Below, piece by piece: positions 54,658-64,000 of a DNA stretch of 64,000 nucleotides. The DNA is taken from NCBI GenBank assembly GCA_963758635.1, contig CAVWWD010000008.1, forward strand, positions 672,001 through 736,000. Direction: 5' to 3'. This stretch comes from an uncultured Candidatus Rokubacteria bacterium (lineage in GTDB: Bacteria; Methylomirabilota; Methylomirabilia; Rokubacteriales; CSP1-6). The notes beneath the pieces were generated by a model. The model ran no database searches, was not told the origin of the DNA, and was given only the letters and a program-made list of their open reading frames with translations. How positions within the stretch are numbered: the stretch's first letter is position 1; every line of letters starts with the position of its first letter. Both the position numbers and the translations under genes were made by a program.

Positions 54658-55125
54658 CTAGCCTCCGAACCTGCGCCTGAGCCAGCCGGGCCCCGACGGG
54701 GCGCTGCCGAGTTGGTCGCGACTGAAGTCCGCGCGGACCTCCTCGAAGCGCTGCCAGTAGTCCGGCAGGCGCTTGGACAGGAAGACCTGCCCGGCGAACC
54801 GCCGCGTGCGCTCGTCGGGTCCGTCGGTCATGGCGGCGTCGAAAGCCGCGCGAGCGTCGTCGGGCAGGAACGGGCTCAGCCGCCGGTGAAGAGCTTCGAG
54901 GAAGCGGCCCGCCATGGCGAGGACCTCGTCGCGGTCCCGCGCGTTGTCGTCCTCGGGCGCGCGGTGGCCGGCTCGCTTGCGCACCTCGACCACGACGTCG
55001 AGGCCGGCCATCTCCACCGCCTCCTCGAGCCGGGCGCGGAGCTGCGCGTCGATCCGGTCGCGGAGGCTCCTGGGGTCTCCGTGCTGATGGCCGAACGCCC
55101 CGCCGATCGGGCCTCCGGTGCTCAT
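54658..55125 (-). CDS. Hypothetical protein (155 aa)
   Basis: Clean ORF with plausible composition (RLEEAVEMAGLD, LSKRLPDYWQRFE), downstream of the epimerase. Confidence 0.7.
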   Translation of the reverse strand: MSTGGPIGGAFGHQHGDPRSLRDRIDAQLRARLEEAVEMAGLDVVVEVRKRAGHRAPEDDNARDRDEVLAMAGRFLEALHRRLSPFLPDDARAAFDAAMTDGPDERTRRFAGQVFLSKRLPDYWQRFEEVRADFSRDQLGSAPSGPGWLRRRFGG

Positions 55126-55209
55126 GCTGTCTCCGCCATGCGGCCAGGCGTCATGCGCGCTCGGCCACGCCGCCGGCCGTCGCGCGCCGTCCGCAGGCGC
55201 CCCGGGAGC

Positions 55210-56115
55210 TCATGCGTTCTCCGCGAGCATCCGCCGGAGCCCGTCGATCAGAGGCTCCGGAGCGATACGCAGGTCGGCGAAGAACCGGCGCGGGTCGCAC
55301 ACGCTTTCCTCCTCCAGCATCGTGAGCTGGTCGATGCTGATGGGATATCCCGGCGCCCATTGAAGGCAGCGGGTGGCGAAGCGGACCGGGCCCAGCGGCA
55401 CCTTGAGCTTGCGGACCCTCACCTGGCCGGTCGCCGCCCCGATCTGATCGAGGATGTCCACGAAGGGATACGGCGCCGGCCCGCCCACCTCGTACGTCTG
55501 TCCCACGCTGCCATGCTCGCGCGCGGCGCGGGCGAAGCCCTCCGCGACCTGCTCCACCGGGATGGGCTGGAGGCGGTACCGTCCGTCGCCGAGCACGGGC
55601 ACGAGGGGCAGGCGGCGGACGAGCGACGCGAGCACCGAGATGAACGCGTCTCCCGGGCCGAAGATGATCGACGGGCGGAAGATGGTCCAGTCGAGACCAC
55701 TCTGCCGGACCGCCTCCTCGGCGAGCCACTTGGTCCGGTGATAGGCGGATCGAGCGTCCGGTCGGGTGCCGAGGGAGCTCATGTGCAGGTATCGCCGCAC
55801 GCCGGCTTCCTGAGCTACGTGGAGCATGTTCTCCGTGGCCACCCGGTGGAGGCGGTCGAACGTGACCCCGCGGAAGCGGCTCTCGCGGATGATCCCCACC
55901 AGGTGCACCAGGGTGGTGCACCCCTCCATGGAGCGCGCGAGCCCGTCCGGGGAAAGCACGTTGCCGGGAACGCGGTCGATCGCCTCGAAGCCGCGCAGGG
56001 CGGGCTCGGAGCCCGGCCGGACGAGGCAGCGGACCAGGAAGCCGTGGTGAAGGAGGGCGTGGACGACGGAACGACCGACGAACCCGGTGGCCCCGGTGAT
56101 GAAGATCCGCTCCAT
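55210..56115 (-). CDS. NAD-dependent epimerase / complex I NDUFA9-family protein
   Basis: IFITGATGFVG, HLVGIIRE, HMSSLG, YHRTKWLAE, WTIFRPSIIFG, LQPIPVEQVA. Confidence 0.92.
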   Translation of the reverse strand: MERIFITGATGFVGRSVVHALLHHGFLVRCLVRPGSEPALRGFEAIDRVPGNVLSPDGLARSMEGCTTLVHLVGIIRESRFRGVTFDRLHRVATENMLHVAQEAGVRRYLHMSSLGTRPDARSAYHRTKWLAEEAVRQSGLDWTIFRPSIIFGPGDAFISVLASLVRRLPLVPVLGDGRYRLQPIPVEQVAEGFARAAREHGSVGQTYEVGGPAPYPFVDILDQIGAATGQVRVRKLKVPLGPVRFATRCLQWAPGYPISIDQLTMLEEESVCDPRRFFADLRIAPEPLIDGLRRMLAENA

Positions 56116-56187
56116 TCGGGCGCATCCTAGCACGGACACAGTCGAAACTCCTGGGCCGGGCTCGCGCGCGCCGGTATCATGGCGCCA

Positions 56188-58539
56188 ATGGCCCGCCAGC
56201 CAGGCCTGATCGCATGGAGCCTCGGCGTCGTCGCGCTTGTCATGGTGTGGACGCAGCCGGCATCGTCGGCGGCTGACGCGGCGGACTGGGGGGCCATCGA
56301 CGCCGCGGTCCGCGATGCGGTGGCCGCCCGCGACCTCCCCGGCGGCGTCGTCCTCGTCGGGCGCGGCGACCGCATCCTCTACCGCAACGCCTTCGGCTCG
56401 CGGGCCCTCGTCCCCGCCGTCGAGCCGGCCACCATCGACACGGTCTTCGACGTCGCGTCGCTCACCAAGGTGGTGGCCACCGCTCCCGCGGTGCTCGCGC
56501 TCTGGGAGAAGGGGCGGATCGACCTGGACGCGCCGATCGGACGCTACCTGAGCGAGTTCGCAGGCCCCCGCCATCGCGAGGTGACGGTGCGCCGCGTCCT
56601 GACCCACAGCGCGGGCTTCCCGGACCTGCCGCCTGCGCAATCGGCCTCCCGCGGAATGGCCGCGGCCCTCGCCGCGATCGCCCGCCAGGAGCTCCAGTCG
56701 ACGCCGGGCTCCACGTTCCGCTACAGCGACACCGGCTTCATCGTGCTGGGCGAGCTGGTCCGGCGCGTGAGCGGCGAGGGGCTGGACCAGTTCACGCGCC
56801 AGCGGTTCTACGCGCCGCTCGGCATGGCGCACACGACGTTCCGGCCGCCGGTCGCGTGGCGCGCGCAGATCGCGCCCACGGAGCTGATCGGGCGCGACGG
56901 GGGCCGCGGCGTGGTGCACGACGGCAACGCTCGCGCGCTCGGCGGCGTGGCCGGCCACGCCGGCGTGTTCTCCACCGCCGACGACCTGGCGCGCTTCTGC
57001 CGCATGCTCCTGGCGCGCGGCGCGCTGGACGGACACCGCGTGCTCGCCGCGGCCACGGTCGACGCCATGTTCACGCCGACGGTGATCGGAGAGACGACGC
57101 GGGGGCTCGGCTGGGACATGTCCTCCTCCTACTCCCGGCCGCTCGGCTCCTTCTTCCCGCCGGGCTCGGGAGGGCACACCGGGTTCACCGGCACGTCCAT
57201 GTGGCTCGACCCGTCGAGCCGGACCTACGCGATCCTGCTCACCAACCGCGTCCATCCGGACGGCAAGGGCAAGGTCGTGGACCTCCGGCGCCGCGTCAGC
57301 GCCGCGGTGGGAGCCGCGCTCTTCGCCCACGACGACGCGCCCCCCGCGGGCGCGCCATCGCCGGGCTCCCCCGCCGCCGATGGGGAAGATCCGACGCCGC
57401 GCGTGGGAGGACCGACGCGCACCGGGCTCGATCAGCTCGTGGCGGAAGGCTTCGCGAGCCTCGCCGGGCGCTCGATCGGACTCATCACTAACCAGACGGG
57501 GATCGACGCGAAGGGCCGGCGGGGCGCCGATCTGCTCGCCGCGGCGCCCGGCGTCAAGCTGCGCGCGCTGTTCTCGCCCGAGCACGGCCTCACCGGGGTG
57601 GTGGACGCCAACGTCCCCCACGGCCGCGACGCCGCCACCGGGCTGCCGGTGTGGAGCCTCTACGGGGCCGAGCGGCGGCCCTCCAGCGCCATGCTGGCGG
57701 GCATCGACACGCTGGTGTTCGACATCCAGGACGTGGGCGTGCGCTACTACACGTACCTGGCCACGCTCGTCTACGTGATGGAGGAAGCAGCCCGGCGCGG
57801 CATCGCGGTCGTGGTCCTCGATCGTCCGAATCCCATCACGGGCCGCCTGGTCGAGGGGCCGCTGATGGATCCGGACCTCCGCTCCTTCACCGCGCCGCAC
57901 ACCGTGCCCGTGCGCCTCGGGATGACCATCGGCGAGTTCGCGCGCATGGTGGCGGCGGAGCGCCGGATCCCGGTGTCCCTCACGGTCGTGCCGCTGAGCG
58001 GCTGGGATCGGGCCCGCTGGTTCGACGAGACGGGGCTGCCGTGGGTGAACCCGTCACCGAACATCCGGACGCCCATGCAGGCCCTGCTCTACTCCGGCAT
58101 CGGGCTGCTCGAGGCGACCAACGTCTCCGTGGGGCGGGGGACCGACATGCCGTTCGAGGTCGTGGGCGCGCCGTGGATGGTCGATCCGGCCGCGCTCGCC
58201 CAGACCCTCAATGCGCGCGGCCTGCCCGGGGTGACCTTCGAGCCCGCCCGCTTCACGCCCACCAGCAGCGTCTACGCCAACGAAGCAGTCCGCGGCGTGC
58301 GCGTGGTGGTCACGGATCGCGAGGCGCTCCGGCCGGTGCGCATGGCCCTGGCCATCGCCCGCGAGCTGATCGACCGCTACCCGACCTACTTCCGGCCGGC
58401 GGCCATCCAGAACCTGATGGTCAACCGGTCGACCATCTGGTCTCTCCTCCGCGGCGATCCCTTGCCTCGCCTGTGGAGCTGGGCCGAGGCCAACCGCGCC
58501 ACCTTCCTCCACCGCCGCGCGTCGTACCTCATCTATTGA
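56188..58539 (+). CDS. Serine hydrolase (beta-lactamase/AmiE-like) fused to a DUF1343/NamZ exo-beta-N-acetylmuramidase domain
   Basis: Signal peptide; FDVASLTK (SxxK), LTHSAG, YSD, GHTGFTG; then GLITNQTG, FSPEHG, FDIQDVGVRYYTY, LDRPNP, PWVNPSPN, SVGRGT. Confidence 0.92.
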   Translation: MARQPGLIAWSLGVVALVMVWTQPASSAADAADWGAIDAAVRDAVAARDLPGGVVLVGRGDRILYRNAFGSRALVPAVEPATIDTVFDVASLTKVVATAPAVLALWEKGRIDLDAPIGRYLSEFAGPRHREVTVRRVLTHSAGFPDLPPAQSASRGMAAALAAIARQELQSTPGSTFRYSDTGFIVLGELVRRVSGEGLDQFTRQRFYAPLGMAHTTFRPPVAWRAQIAPTELIGRDGGRGVVHDGNARALGGVAGHAGVFSTADDLARFCRMLLARGALDGHRVLAAATVDAMFTPTVIGETTRGLGWDMSSSYSRPLGSFFPPGSGGHTGFTGTSMWLDPSSRTYAILLTNRVHPDGKGKVVDLRRRVSAAVGAALFAHDDAPPAGAPSPGSPAADGEDPTPRVGGPTRTGLDQLVAEGFASLAGRSIGLITNQTGIDAKGRRGADLLAAAPGVKLRALFSPEHGLTGVVDANVPHGRDAATGLPVWSLYGAERRPSSAMLAGIDTLVFDIQDVGVRYYTYLATLVYVMEEAARRGIAVVVLDRPNPITGRLVEGPLMDPDLRSFTAPHTVPVRLGMTIGEFARMVAAERRIPVSLTVVPLSGWDRARWFDETGLPWVNPSPNIRTPMQALLYSGIGLLEATNVSVGRGTDMPFEVVGAPWMVDPAALAQTLNARGLPGVTFEPARFTPTSSVYANEAVRGVRVVVTDREALRPVRMALAIARELIDRYPTYFRPAAIQNLMVNRSTIWSLLRGDPLPRLWSWAEANRATFLHRRASYLIY

Positions 58540-58569
58540 TTCGACGGGGCCTCGCCGGCCCCCTCAGAG

Positions 58570-58651
58570 GCAACGGCCCCGGAAGCGAAGACGCAACGGC
58601 CGCGGAAGCGAAGACGGCAACAGGCACCTCGTGAGCCCGAAGAGGCAACGG
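58570..58651 (+). repeat. 23-bp tandem direct repeat adjacent to family B element
   Basis: GCAACGGCC(C/G)CGGAAGCGAAGAC at 58570 and 58593; degenerate GGCAAC(A)GGC at 58616 and CGAAGAGGCAACGGC at 58638. Confidence 0.75.
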
Positions 58652-58660
58652 CGCGTCGTG

Positions 58661-58818
58661 TGGGGGGCGGGGGGCGGCACCTGGGGTCGTGGGGCCCTTC
58701 CCCTCTCCCGGCTGCGGACCCCGCGCGCCCGGATGGAGCCCAGTCACAGCGGGGCAGCGCACGCGTGCGGCGTGGTTCCACGACCCCAGGTGCCGCCCCC
58801 CGCCCCCGCCCGAGCGCG
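58661..58818 (-). repeat. Repeat family B, copy 2
   Basis: Perfect 30-bp IR 58663-58692/58778-58807 around the 61-bp core shared with 32709-32769. Confidence 0.88.
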
Positions 58819-58864
58819 CACGTCCGAGTCGTGAGGTCAGAGCGACCGGGGCGATGCAGACGGC

Positions 58865-59826
58865 TCAGGGGCGTTCGATGACCTTGAGCGGGAGGTTCGG
58901 GCGGAGCTTGGCCGCCGCGCCGCGCGGGATCGTGAGCGTCGCGGGGTCGCCGTCGCTCACGTAGCGGTCTTCGGGATGGCGGTCGAAGTGGTCGAGCCAG
59001 TACTTGAGGTCGGCCTCGACGGCCTGGATCCGCGGCAGGCGCAGAGGGTCGAAGGCGCGCCCGTGGGGTGACGGCGCCGCGCCGCCCGCCACCATCAGGA
59101 TCGCGTCGTGGCGGTACGTCGTGCCGTTCACGCGCCCCTGGACGGCCCACTGGAGGTCCTTCGGGAAGGCCCCCATCGGAAGCGCCAGCGACCGCGGGCG
59201 ATAGCCCGGCACGTGGCGCTCGATCCACTCCTGCGCGCCGGCCACCTGCTTGCGCACGGTCTCCTCGGGGTAGCGGGCGAGGTTGGCGTGCCAGAGCGTG
59301 TGGTTGCCGATCTCGAATCCGCGGCCGGAGAGGTAGGCGAGCTTCCGTCCCGCCCACTGGGGCTGGTTGAACAGCCGGTTCGGCGGGTCGGCGCCGGGCA
59401 GGACGTAGAACGTGCCGGCGCGCCCGAAGCCCGGCCGCTCGCGCTCGAACGCCTCCAGGATCCCGATGCCGCACTGCGGGTCGATCACGGGCTCGGCACC
59501 CCCGTCCAGGTAACGGAACTGGCCGGGTGAGGAGTCGTCGAAGGTGAGGATCACCGGCGTCGTGCCCCGCGGCAGCGCGATCTTGCCGTCGAGGTAGTCG
59601 CCCAGGTTCACCAGCCGGTAGCCCCGCTCCCAGAGCCGCTGGAGGTCCCGGCGGAAGTTCTCGGGCGTGCGGGTCCACCGCTCCTCGGGGCGATCGATCT
59701 TGTGGTACTCGAGGATCATCACCCGGCCGAGCTCGTTCGGAGGCAGCGTCTCGGCGGCGGAGGGAGCGGGAAGAAAACGGCGGCCGCGGTGAGCCCGACG
59801 GCGACCGCCGCGGTGAGGCCGCGCAC
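58865..59826 (-). CDS. Secreted polysaccharide deacetylase, NodB/CE4 (frameshift near 59770)
   Basis: NELGRVMILEYH, VILTFDDS, FEIGNHTLWHANL, LALPMG, LPRI; a signal-like N-terminus from GTG 59826 lies in another frame. Confidence 0.88.
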
Positions 59827-59827
59827 C

Positions 59828-61276
59828 CTAGGAGCCCGACCTCCCGGCCAGCACCGGTCGCGCCTTCAGGGCGTCAGCGGTGTAGTCGTTGCGCGGGTTC
59901 CAGAGCATCCAGCCCGAGCCGCCCCCCTCGTCGGAGCCGCGGATCTGCGCGCGGACCTCGCGCGGCCCGAAGATGCGGCGGTCGAAGGCGTAGTCACGGA
60001 AGTCCTGGAGCCACGGGCGCACCTGCACGGCGAGGCCGGCCGAGCGCTTCCGGGTGAGCCGGACGCTCTCCTTGACCACCTCGAAGGGGTTCTCAACGGG
60101 GTTGCGGACGCCCGGGATGCCCTTGTGATAGCCGGACGGGTAGACCATCGGGCACAGGTAGTCGAGGTGCGGCGCGAGCTCTTCCACGCGCTGCCCGATG
60201 TCGGTGTCGTTGTCGTTGAACGCGGTGTAGCCGAACACGTCGGCGGCGAGGAACGCGCCCGTGGGCCCGAGCTCGCGGCGCGCCTTGGCCAGGAAGCCGC
60301 CGATCGTCTCCAGCCGGACGGCCTGGTTGTTGGGGCGCGAGTAGCGGGCGGCCGAGAGGCGGCCGTCGGTCGGGAAGCGCACGTAGTCGAACTGGACCTC
60401 GTCGAAGCCCTTGGCGATGGCCTCGCGGGCGACGGCGATCAGGTAGTCCCACACCTCCTCGCGCGTCGGGTCCACCCAGGCGAGCTTCTCGTTGTCGATC
60501 CAGGGCTTGCCCGTGCGGGTATCGACGATCGCGAGGTCCGGCCGGTGATGGGCGAGCACGTTGTCCTTGAACGCCACGACGCGGGCGATCGTGTAGATGC
60601 CGCGGGCCTTGAAGTCCGCGAGCATCGCGTCGAACTCCTTGATGATGACCGGACCCTGGGCGCCCGCGGCGAGCGCCAGCGGCACCGAGGTCCGGTAGGG
60701 GATGAGCCCCCGGTCGCCCTTCACGTCGATGACCACGGCGTTCAGCTCGGTCCGCGCCACCAGGCCGAGCACGCGCTCGCGGATCCCCCGATCGCCGATC
60801 CCGTAGTAGGTGAGGTAGGCGGCCTTCACGGGGTGAGCGGTCAGGCGGACCTTCACCGGGTGGCCGTCCACGGCCACGCGCTTCCGTTCGTGGCCGGGCA
60901 GCTTCACGATCAGCGTGCGCTCGGGGCCGAGCGACGAGATCGAGAAGCGCCCCTCGGCGTCGGTCCGCGCCTCGGTGGTGCCGGACCACACCGACGCGCC
61001 GCGCAGGGGAGCGCCGGCCGCGTCCACGACCTGGCCGGTCGCGCCGGCGACGGGCGGCCGCACGCTCTCCGGCGCGACGTGTGGGGCCGTCGCGGCCGGA
61101 GGCGTGGGCGCCGGCTCCGGAGCTGGCGCCGCCGCGACGGCGGGTGGCCGGATCCAGAGGCTCGGCGACAGGAACAGGTATCCGACGACAACGAGGAGCG
61201 CGGCGATGGCGATTCCCGCCGCCGCTCGAAGCAAGAACCGTGATCGATCGTTTGGCGGCGCGGGAAAGGGTGTCAT
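59828..61276 (-). CDS. Putative glycoside hydrolase (DUF4015-like) with membrane anchor and carboxypeptidase-regulatory-like domain
   Basis: TM helix, Pro-rich linker, TGQVVDAAG.PL.GA...TDAEGRF, ELNAVVIDVKGD, IARVVAFKD, GFDEVQFDYVRFP, PMVYPS, RPWLQDF. Confidence 0.88.
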   Translation of the reverse strand: MTPFPAPPNDRSRFLLRAAAGIAIAALLVVVGYLFLSPSLWIRPPAVAAAPAPEPAPTPPAATAPHVAPESVRPPVAGATGQVVDAAGAPLRGASVWSGTTEARTDAEGRFSISSLGPERTLIVKLPGHERKRVAVDGHPVKVRLTAHPVKAAYLTYYGIGDRGIRERVLGLVARTELNAVVIDVKGDRGLIPYRTSVPLALAAGAQGPVIIKEFDAMLADFKARGIYTIARVVAFKDNVLAHHRPDLAIVDTRTGKPWIDNEKLAWVDPTREEVWDYLIAVAREAIAKGFDEVQFDYVRFPTDGRLSAARYSRPNNQAVRLETIGGFLAKARRELGPTGAFLAADVFGYTAFNDNDTDIGQRVEELAPHLDYLCPMVYPSGYHKGIPGVRNPVENPFEVVKESVRLTRKRSAGLAVQVRPWLQDFRDYAFDRRIFGPREVRAQIRGSDEGGGSGWMLWNPRNDYTADALKARPVLAGRSGS

Positions 61277-61501
61277 TGGCGATCGAATCTAAAACCGACG
61301 TGTCGCTGCAGCGAAGAAAATTGTGCGGGGACGCCGACGGCCGGCGGAAAGATGGCGGCGGACGACCGCGAGGTGCCGGCGGCCGACTGCGCGAGACCGG
61401 CGGCCGACGGCGAGGCGCCGACGGCCGCGGGGAGACCGCTCGGGTCATCGCCTGCCTTCGGAGCCTCCGCGCCGTGGCCTCGCATCGCGACTGTTGGACG
61501 G

Positions 61502-61517
61502 AGCAAGGCCGTTGCCA
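61502..61517 (-). promoter_or_regulatory. Sigma54 (-24/-12) promoter candidate for the glycoside hydrolase/deacetylase operon
   Basis: Minus strand TGGCAACGGCCTTGCT has canonical GG-N10-GC spacing. Confidence 0.55.
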
Positions 61518-61669
61518 TTGCAAGCGCGCGTGGAAGTCCTCGAAAGCCATCACGTCCGCTCGGCCGCGGCGCTGCCCGCGCCGTCGCGGGCTGACGAAAA
61601 TCGGTGGCGCGCCCTCGAAAATCGTCACCCGCGCCTCGGCGCCGGACACCACGGGCTACAATGCGCCCC

Positions 61670-62524
61670 ATGACCACGACAGCCCGAGCGGGATCCTTCG
61701 GATGCGAATCGGCGCGGCCGCGCCACCTCTCGGTGAACGGCCTCCGCCTGCATGCCCTCGAGTGGGGCGAGTCCGGCCGTCAGGGGCTCTGCTTCCTGCA
61801 CGGCGGCTCGGCGCACGCCCACTGGTTCGACGGCGTGGCGCCGGCCTTCGCCGACCGCTACCACGTCATCTCCCTCGACCAGCGCGGCCACGGCGAGAGC
61901 GAGTGGCCGGGGAGCGCGGCCTACGCCACCCAGGACTTCGTGTCCGACCTCCTCGGGATGATGGACGCGCTCGGGTGGGAACGGACGATCCTGGCCGGGC
62001 ACTCCATGGGCGGGCACAACTCGATGAGCTTCTCGGCGTGGCATCCGGCGCGGGTGCGCGCGCTCTGCGTGATCGACAGCCGGCCGTCCATCCCGCCCGA
62101 CCGGCTGCACGTGATGCACCGCCGTGGGCACCGAGGGCCGCGGCGTCACCCGAGCCAGGAGCAGGCCCTCCGGAGCTTCCGGCTCCTGCCGCCCGACACC
62201 GTGGCCGACCCGGCGTTTCTCGACCACCTGGGCCGGCAAGGCATCGTCGAGCGGGACGGGAGCTTCCTCTACCGGTTCGACCCGGAGGCCAACGGCGCAC
62301 GGGCCCCGGTGGACGTGATGCCGCTGCTCCCGGAGATCACCGCGCCGACGCTCCTGGTCCGGGGCGAGCACTCGCCGGTGCTGCCGGTGCCGACGGCGAG
62401 CGAGATGCTGAAGCGGCTACGCGACGGCCGGCTGGTGGAGGTGCCCGGGGCCTACCATCACCTGGTCCTGGACTCGCCCGCCGTCTTCACGCGCGTCCTG
62501 GACGAGTTCCTCCGCTCCGTTTGA
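61670..62524 (+). CDS. Alpha/beta hydrolase
   Basis: FLHGG, LDQRGHGES, GHSMGG, PTLLVRG, GAYHHL. Confidence 0.92.
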   Translation: MTTTARAGSFGCESARPRHLSVNGLRLHALEWGESGRQGLCFLHGGSAHAHWFDGVAPAFADRYHVISLDQRGHGESEWPGSAAYATQDFVSDLLGMMDALGWERTILAGHSMGGHNSMSFSAWHPARVRALCVIDSRPSIPPDRLHVMHRRGHRGPRRHPSQEQALRSFRLLPPDTVADPAFLDHLGRQGIVERDGSFLYRFDPEANGARAPVDVMPLLPEITAPTLLVRGEHSPVLPVPTASEMLKRLRDGRLVEVPGAYHHLVLDSPAVFTRVLDEFLRSV

Positions 62525-62529
62525 AGAAT

Positions 62530-62648
62530 CCCTCTCCCCTCTGGGGAGAGGGCAGGGTGAGGGGCGGCGGCACGAGCACGCGGGCTGTCCCGCGAGATGG
62601 TTCGGCCGACCCTCACCCCGGCCCTCTCCCTGGACGGGAGAGGGAGGC
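62530..62648. repeat. REP-like cruciform (family D) between convergent genes
   Basis: CCTCTCCCC-TCT-GGGGAGAGG, GGGTGAGGG/CCCTCACCC, CCCTCTCCC-TGGAC-GGGAGAGGG. Confidence 0.75.
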
Positions 62649-62656
62649 AGAGGGAG

Positions 62657-64000
62657 TCAGGCGCGCTCGAGGCGGACGGCGCAGACCTTGTACTCGGGGA
62701 TCCTTGCCGAGGGGTCGTGGGCGGAGTTGGTCAGAAAGTTCGCCGCCGACTCGCCGAGCTTCACGAAGGGCACGAACACCGCTCCCGGCCGCACCGCCTC
62801 GGTGACGTGCGCGTGCCCGACCAGCTCGCCCCGCCGCGACGTCATCCGGAGCGGCGCCCCGGTCTCCACGCCCAGGCGGCGCGCGTCGGCGGGGTGCACG
62901 GCGATCTCGAGCCGCGGGGCGAGCTCGAGGAGCCCCTCCACGCGCGTCGTCAGCGTCCCGCCGTGCCAGTGGTACAGGAGCCGCCCGGTCGACAGCAGGA
63001 ACGGGTAGTCGGGATCGGGCAGCTCGGCCGCGGCGGCCGTCTGCTGGACCGGCACGAAGCGCGCCCGCCCGCGGGGGAAGCGCTCGGCGTAGAGGAAGCG
63101 CGTGCCCGGGTGGTCCGGGGTGGGACAGGGCCACTGGATCCCGCCCGACTCGAGCCGGGCGTACGTGATGCCGGCGATGTTGGGCCAGAGCGACGCCATC
63201 TCGTCGAAGATCGCCGACGGGTGGTCGTAGTCGAAGGCGCCGGTCGGGCGGCCGAGCCGGCGGGCGACCCGCCGGGCCAGCTCACAGGTGATCCACCAGT
63301 CCGGCCGGGTCTGGCCGGGAGGGGCCAGCGCCTGGCGCACCCGCTGGACGCGTCGCTCGGAGTTCGTGAACGTGCCGTCCTTCTCCGCGAACGCGGCGGC
63401 GGGCAGGAACACGTGCGCGCGCTCGGCCGTCTCGTGCATGAACAGGTCCTGCACGACCAGGTGGTCGAGCTGCTCGATCGCCTTCTCCGCGTGGTGCAGG
63501 TCGGGCTCGGACAGGAGCGGGTTCTCGCCCACCACGTACATGGCGCGGATTTGACCGTCGAGGCAGCCCTCGACCATCTCGGTGACGACCATGCCGGGCA
63601 CCCCCGGGGGCCGTGTCCCCCAGGCCCGCTCGAAGCGTCCGAGGCTCTCCGGAGAGTAGTCGCCGTAGCCCGGCAGGTTGACGGGGGTGCAGCCGGCGTC
63701 ACCGCATCCCTGGACGTTGTTCTGCCCGCGCAGCGGCGAGATGCCGGAGCCCGGGAAGCCCATCTGCCCGGCCACGAGCGAGAGGTTCAGCAACGAGTGC
63801 GCGTTGGCCGTGCCGTTGATGTGCTGGGTGATGCCCATGCCCCAGATCAGGCAGGAGCCGGCGAACGGCGGCCGGGCGTACCAGCGCGCGGCCTGCGCGA
63901 TGGCCTCGGCGGGCACGCCGGTGATGCGCTCGGCGGCCGGGAGTGTGTAGGGCTCGAGCGCGGCGACCCACGCGTCGAAACCCTCCGTGCGCTCGCGGAC
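62657..64000 (-). CDS. fdhF: Formate dehydrogenase alpha subunit, C-terminal part (5' end outside window)
   Basis: WGMGITQH, PLRGQNNVQGCGD, GENP, VVQDLFMHETA, AEKDGTFTNSERRVQ, LSTGR, PEYKVCAV. Confidence 0.93.
   Translation of the reverse strand, partial: VRERTEGFDAWVAALEPYTLPAAERITGVPAEAIAQAARWYARPPFAGSCLIWGMGITQHINGTANAHSLLNLSLVAGQMGFPGSGISPLRGQNNVQGCGDAGCTPVNLPGYGDYSPESLGRFERAWGTRPPGVPGMVVTEMVEGCLDGQIRAMYVVGENPLLSEPDLHHAEKAIEQLDHLVVQDLFMHETAERAHVFLPAAAFAEKDGTFTNSERRVQRVRQALAPPGQTRPDWWITCELARRVARRLGRPTGAFDYDHPSAIFDEMASLWPNIAGITYARLESGGIQWPCPTPDHPGTRFLYAERFPRGRARFVPVQQTAAAAELPDPDYPFLLSTGRLLYHWHGGTLTTRVEGLLELAPRLEIAVHPADARRLGVETGAPLRMTSRRGELVGHAHVTEAVRPGAVFVPFVKLGESAANFLTNSAHDPSARIPEYKVCAVRLERA

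Noticed and set aside
56188..57330. Antibiotic-resistance beta-lactamase
   Set aside because: The SxxK domain is fused to NamZ and has AmiE-like motifs (VHDGNA, GHAGVFST), which points to cell-wall recycling.
62657..64000. Formate dehydrogenase as a second selenoprotein
   Set aside because: The Cys/Sec ligand position lies upstream, outside the window, so it cannot be assessed.

Overview
A very GC-rich (about 70% by eye) bacterial chromosomal segment. The expanded Liv-type ABC transporters and overall gene content are compatible with a Rokubacteria/Methylomirabilota-like soil organism, but that is inference only. About 18 genes, including uvrA and pyk, are split by single-base indels. This most likely reflects uncorrected long-read errors rather than pseudogenisation. 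Content, left to right: a Liv-type ABC operon, SDR, molybdopterin oxidoreductase, VOC protein, CMP-kinase-like/BON protein, two tandem acyl-CoA-synthetase plus Liv-type ABC operons, a lipoprotein truncated haemoglobin, a PfkB/DUF369/transaldolase cluster, an ECF sigma-Ogt/Ada-2OG oxygenase alkylation-repair cassette, a Tat-signal nicotinamidase, a PIG-L/FAAL/LLM operon, uvrA, pyk, aminotransferases, a thioredoxin-fold selenoprotein (in-frame UGA in UxxC with a SECIS-like hairpin), a DNA-repair-type radical SAM gene and a small unknown gene sharing a promoter/operator motif, peptidoglycan/glycan enzymes, and the 3' part of a formate dehydrogenase alpha subunit. No rRNA, tRNA, cas or transposase gene was seen. 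The intergenic DNA nevertheless carries several dispersed non-coding element families: A, a modular 55-62 bp unit at 5 loci, partly tandem; B, a 155-160 bp element with an identical 61 bp core and covarying long inverted repeats (2 copies); C, a 76-78 bp MITE with 4-bp target duplications (3 copies); plus REP-like cruciforms. A structured leader of about 190 nt with two mutually exclusive folds precedes the first acyl-CoA synthetase.
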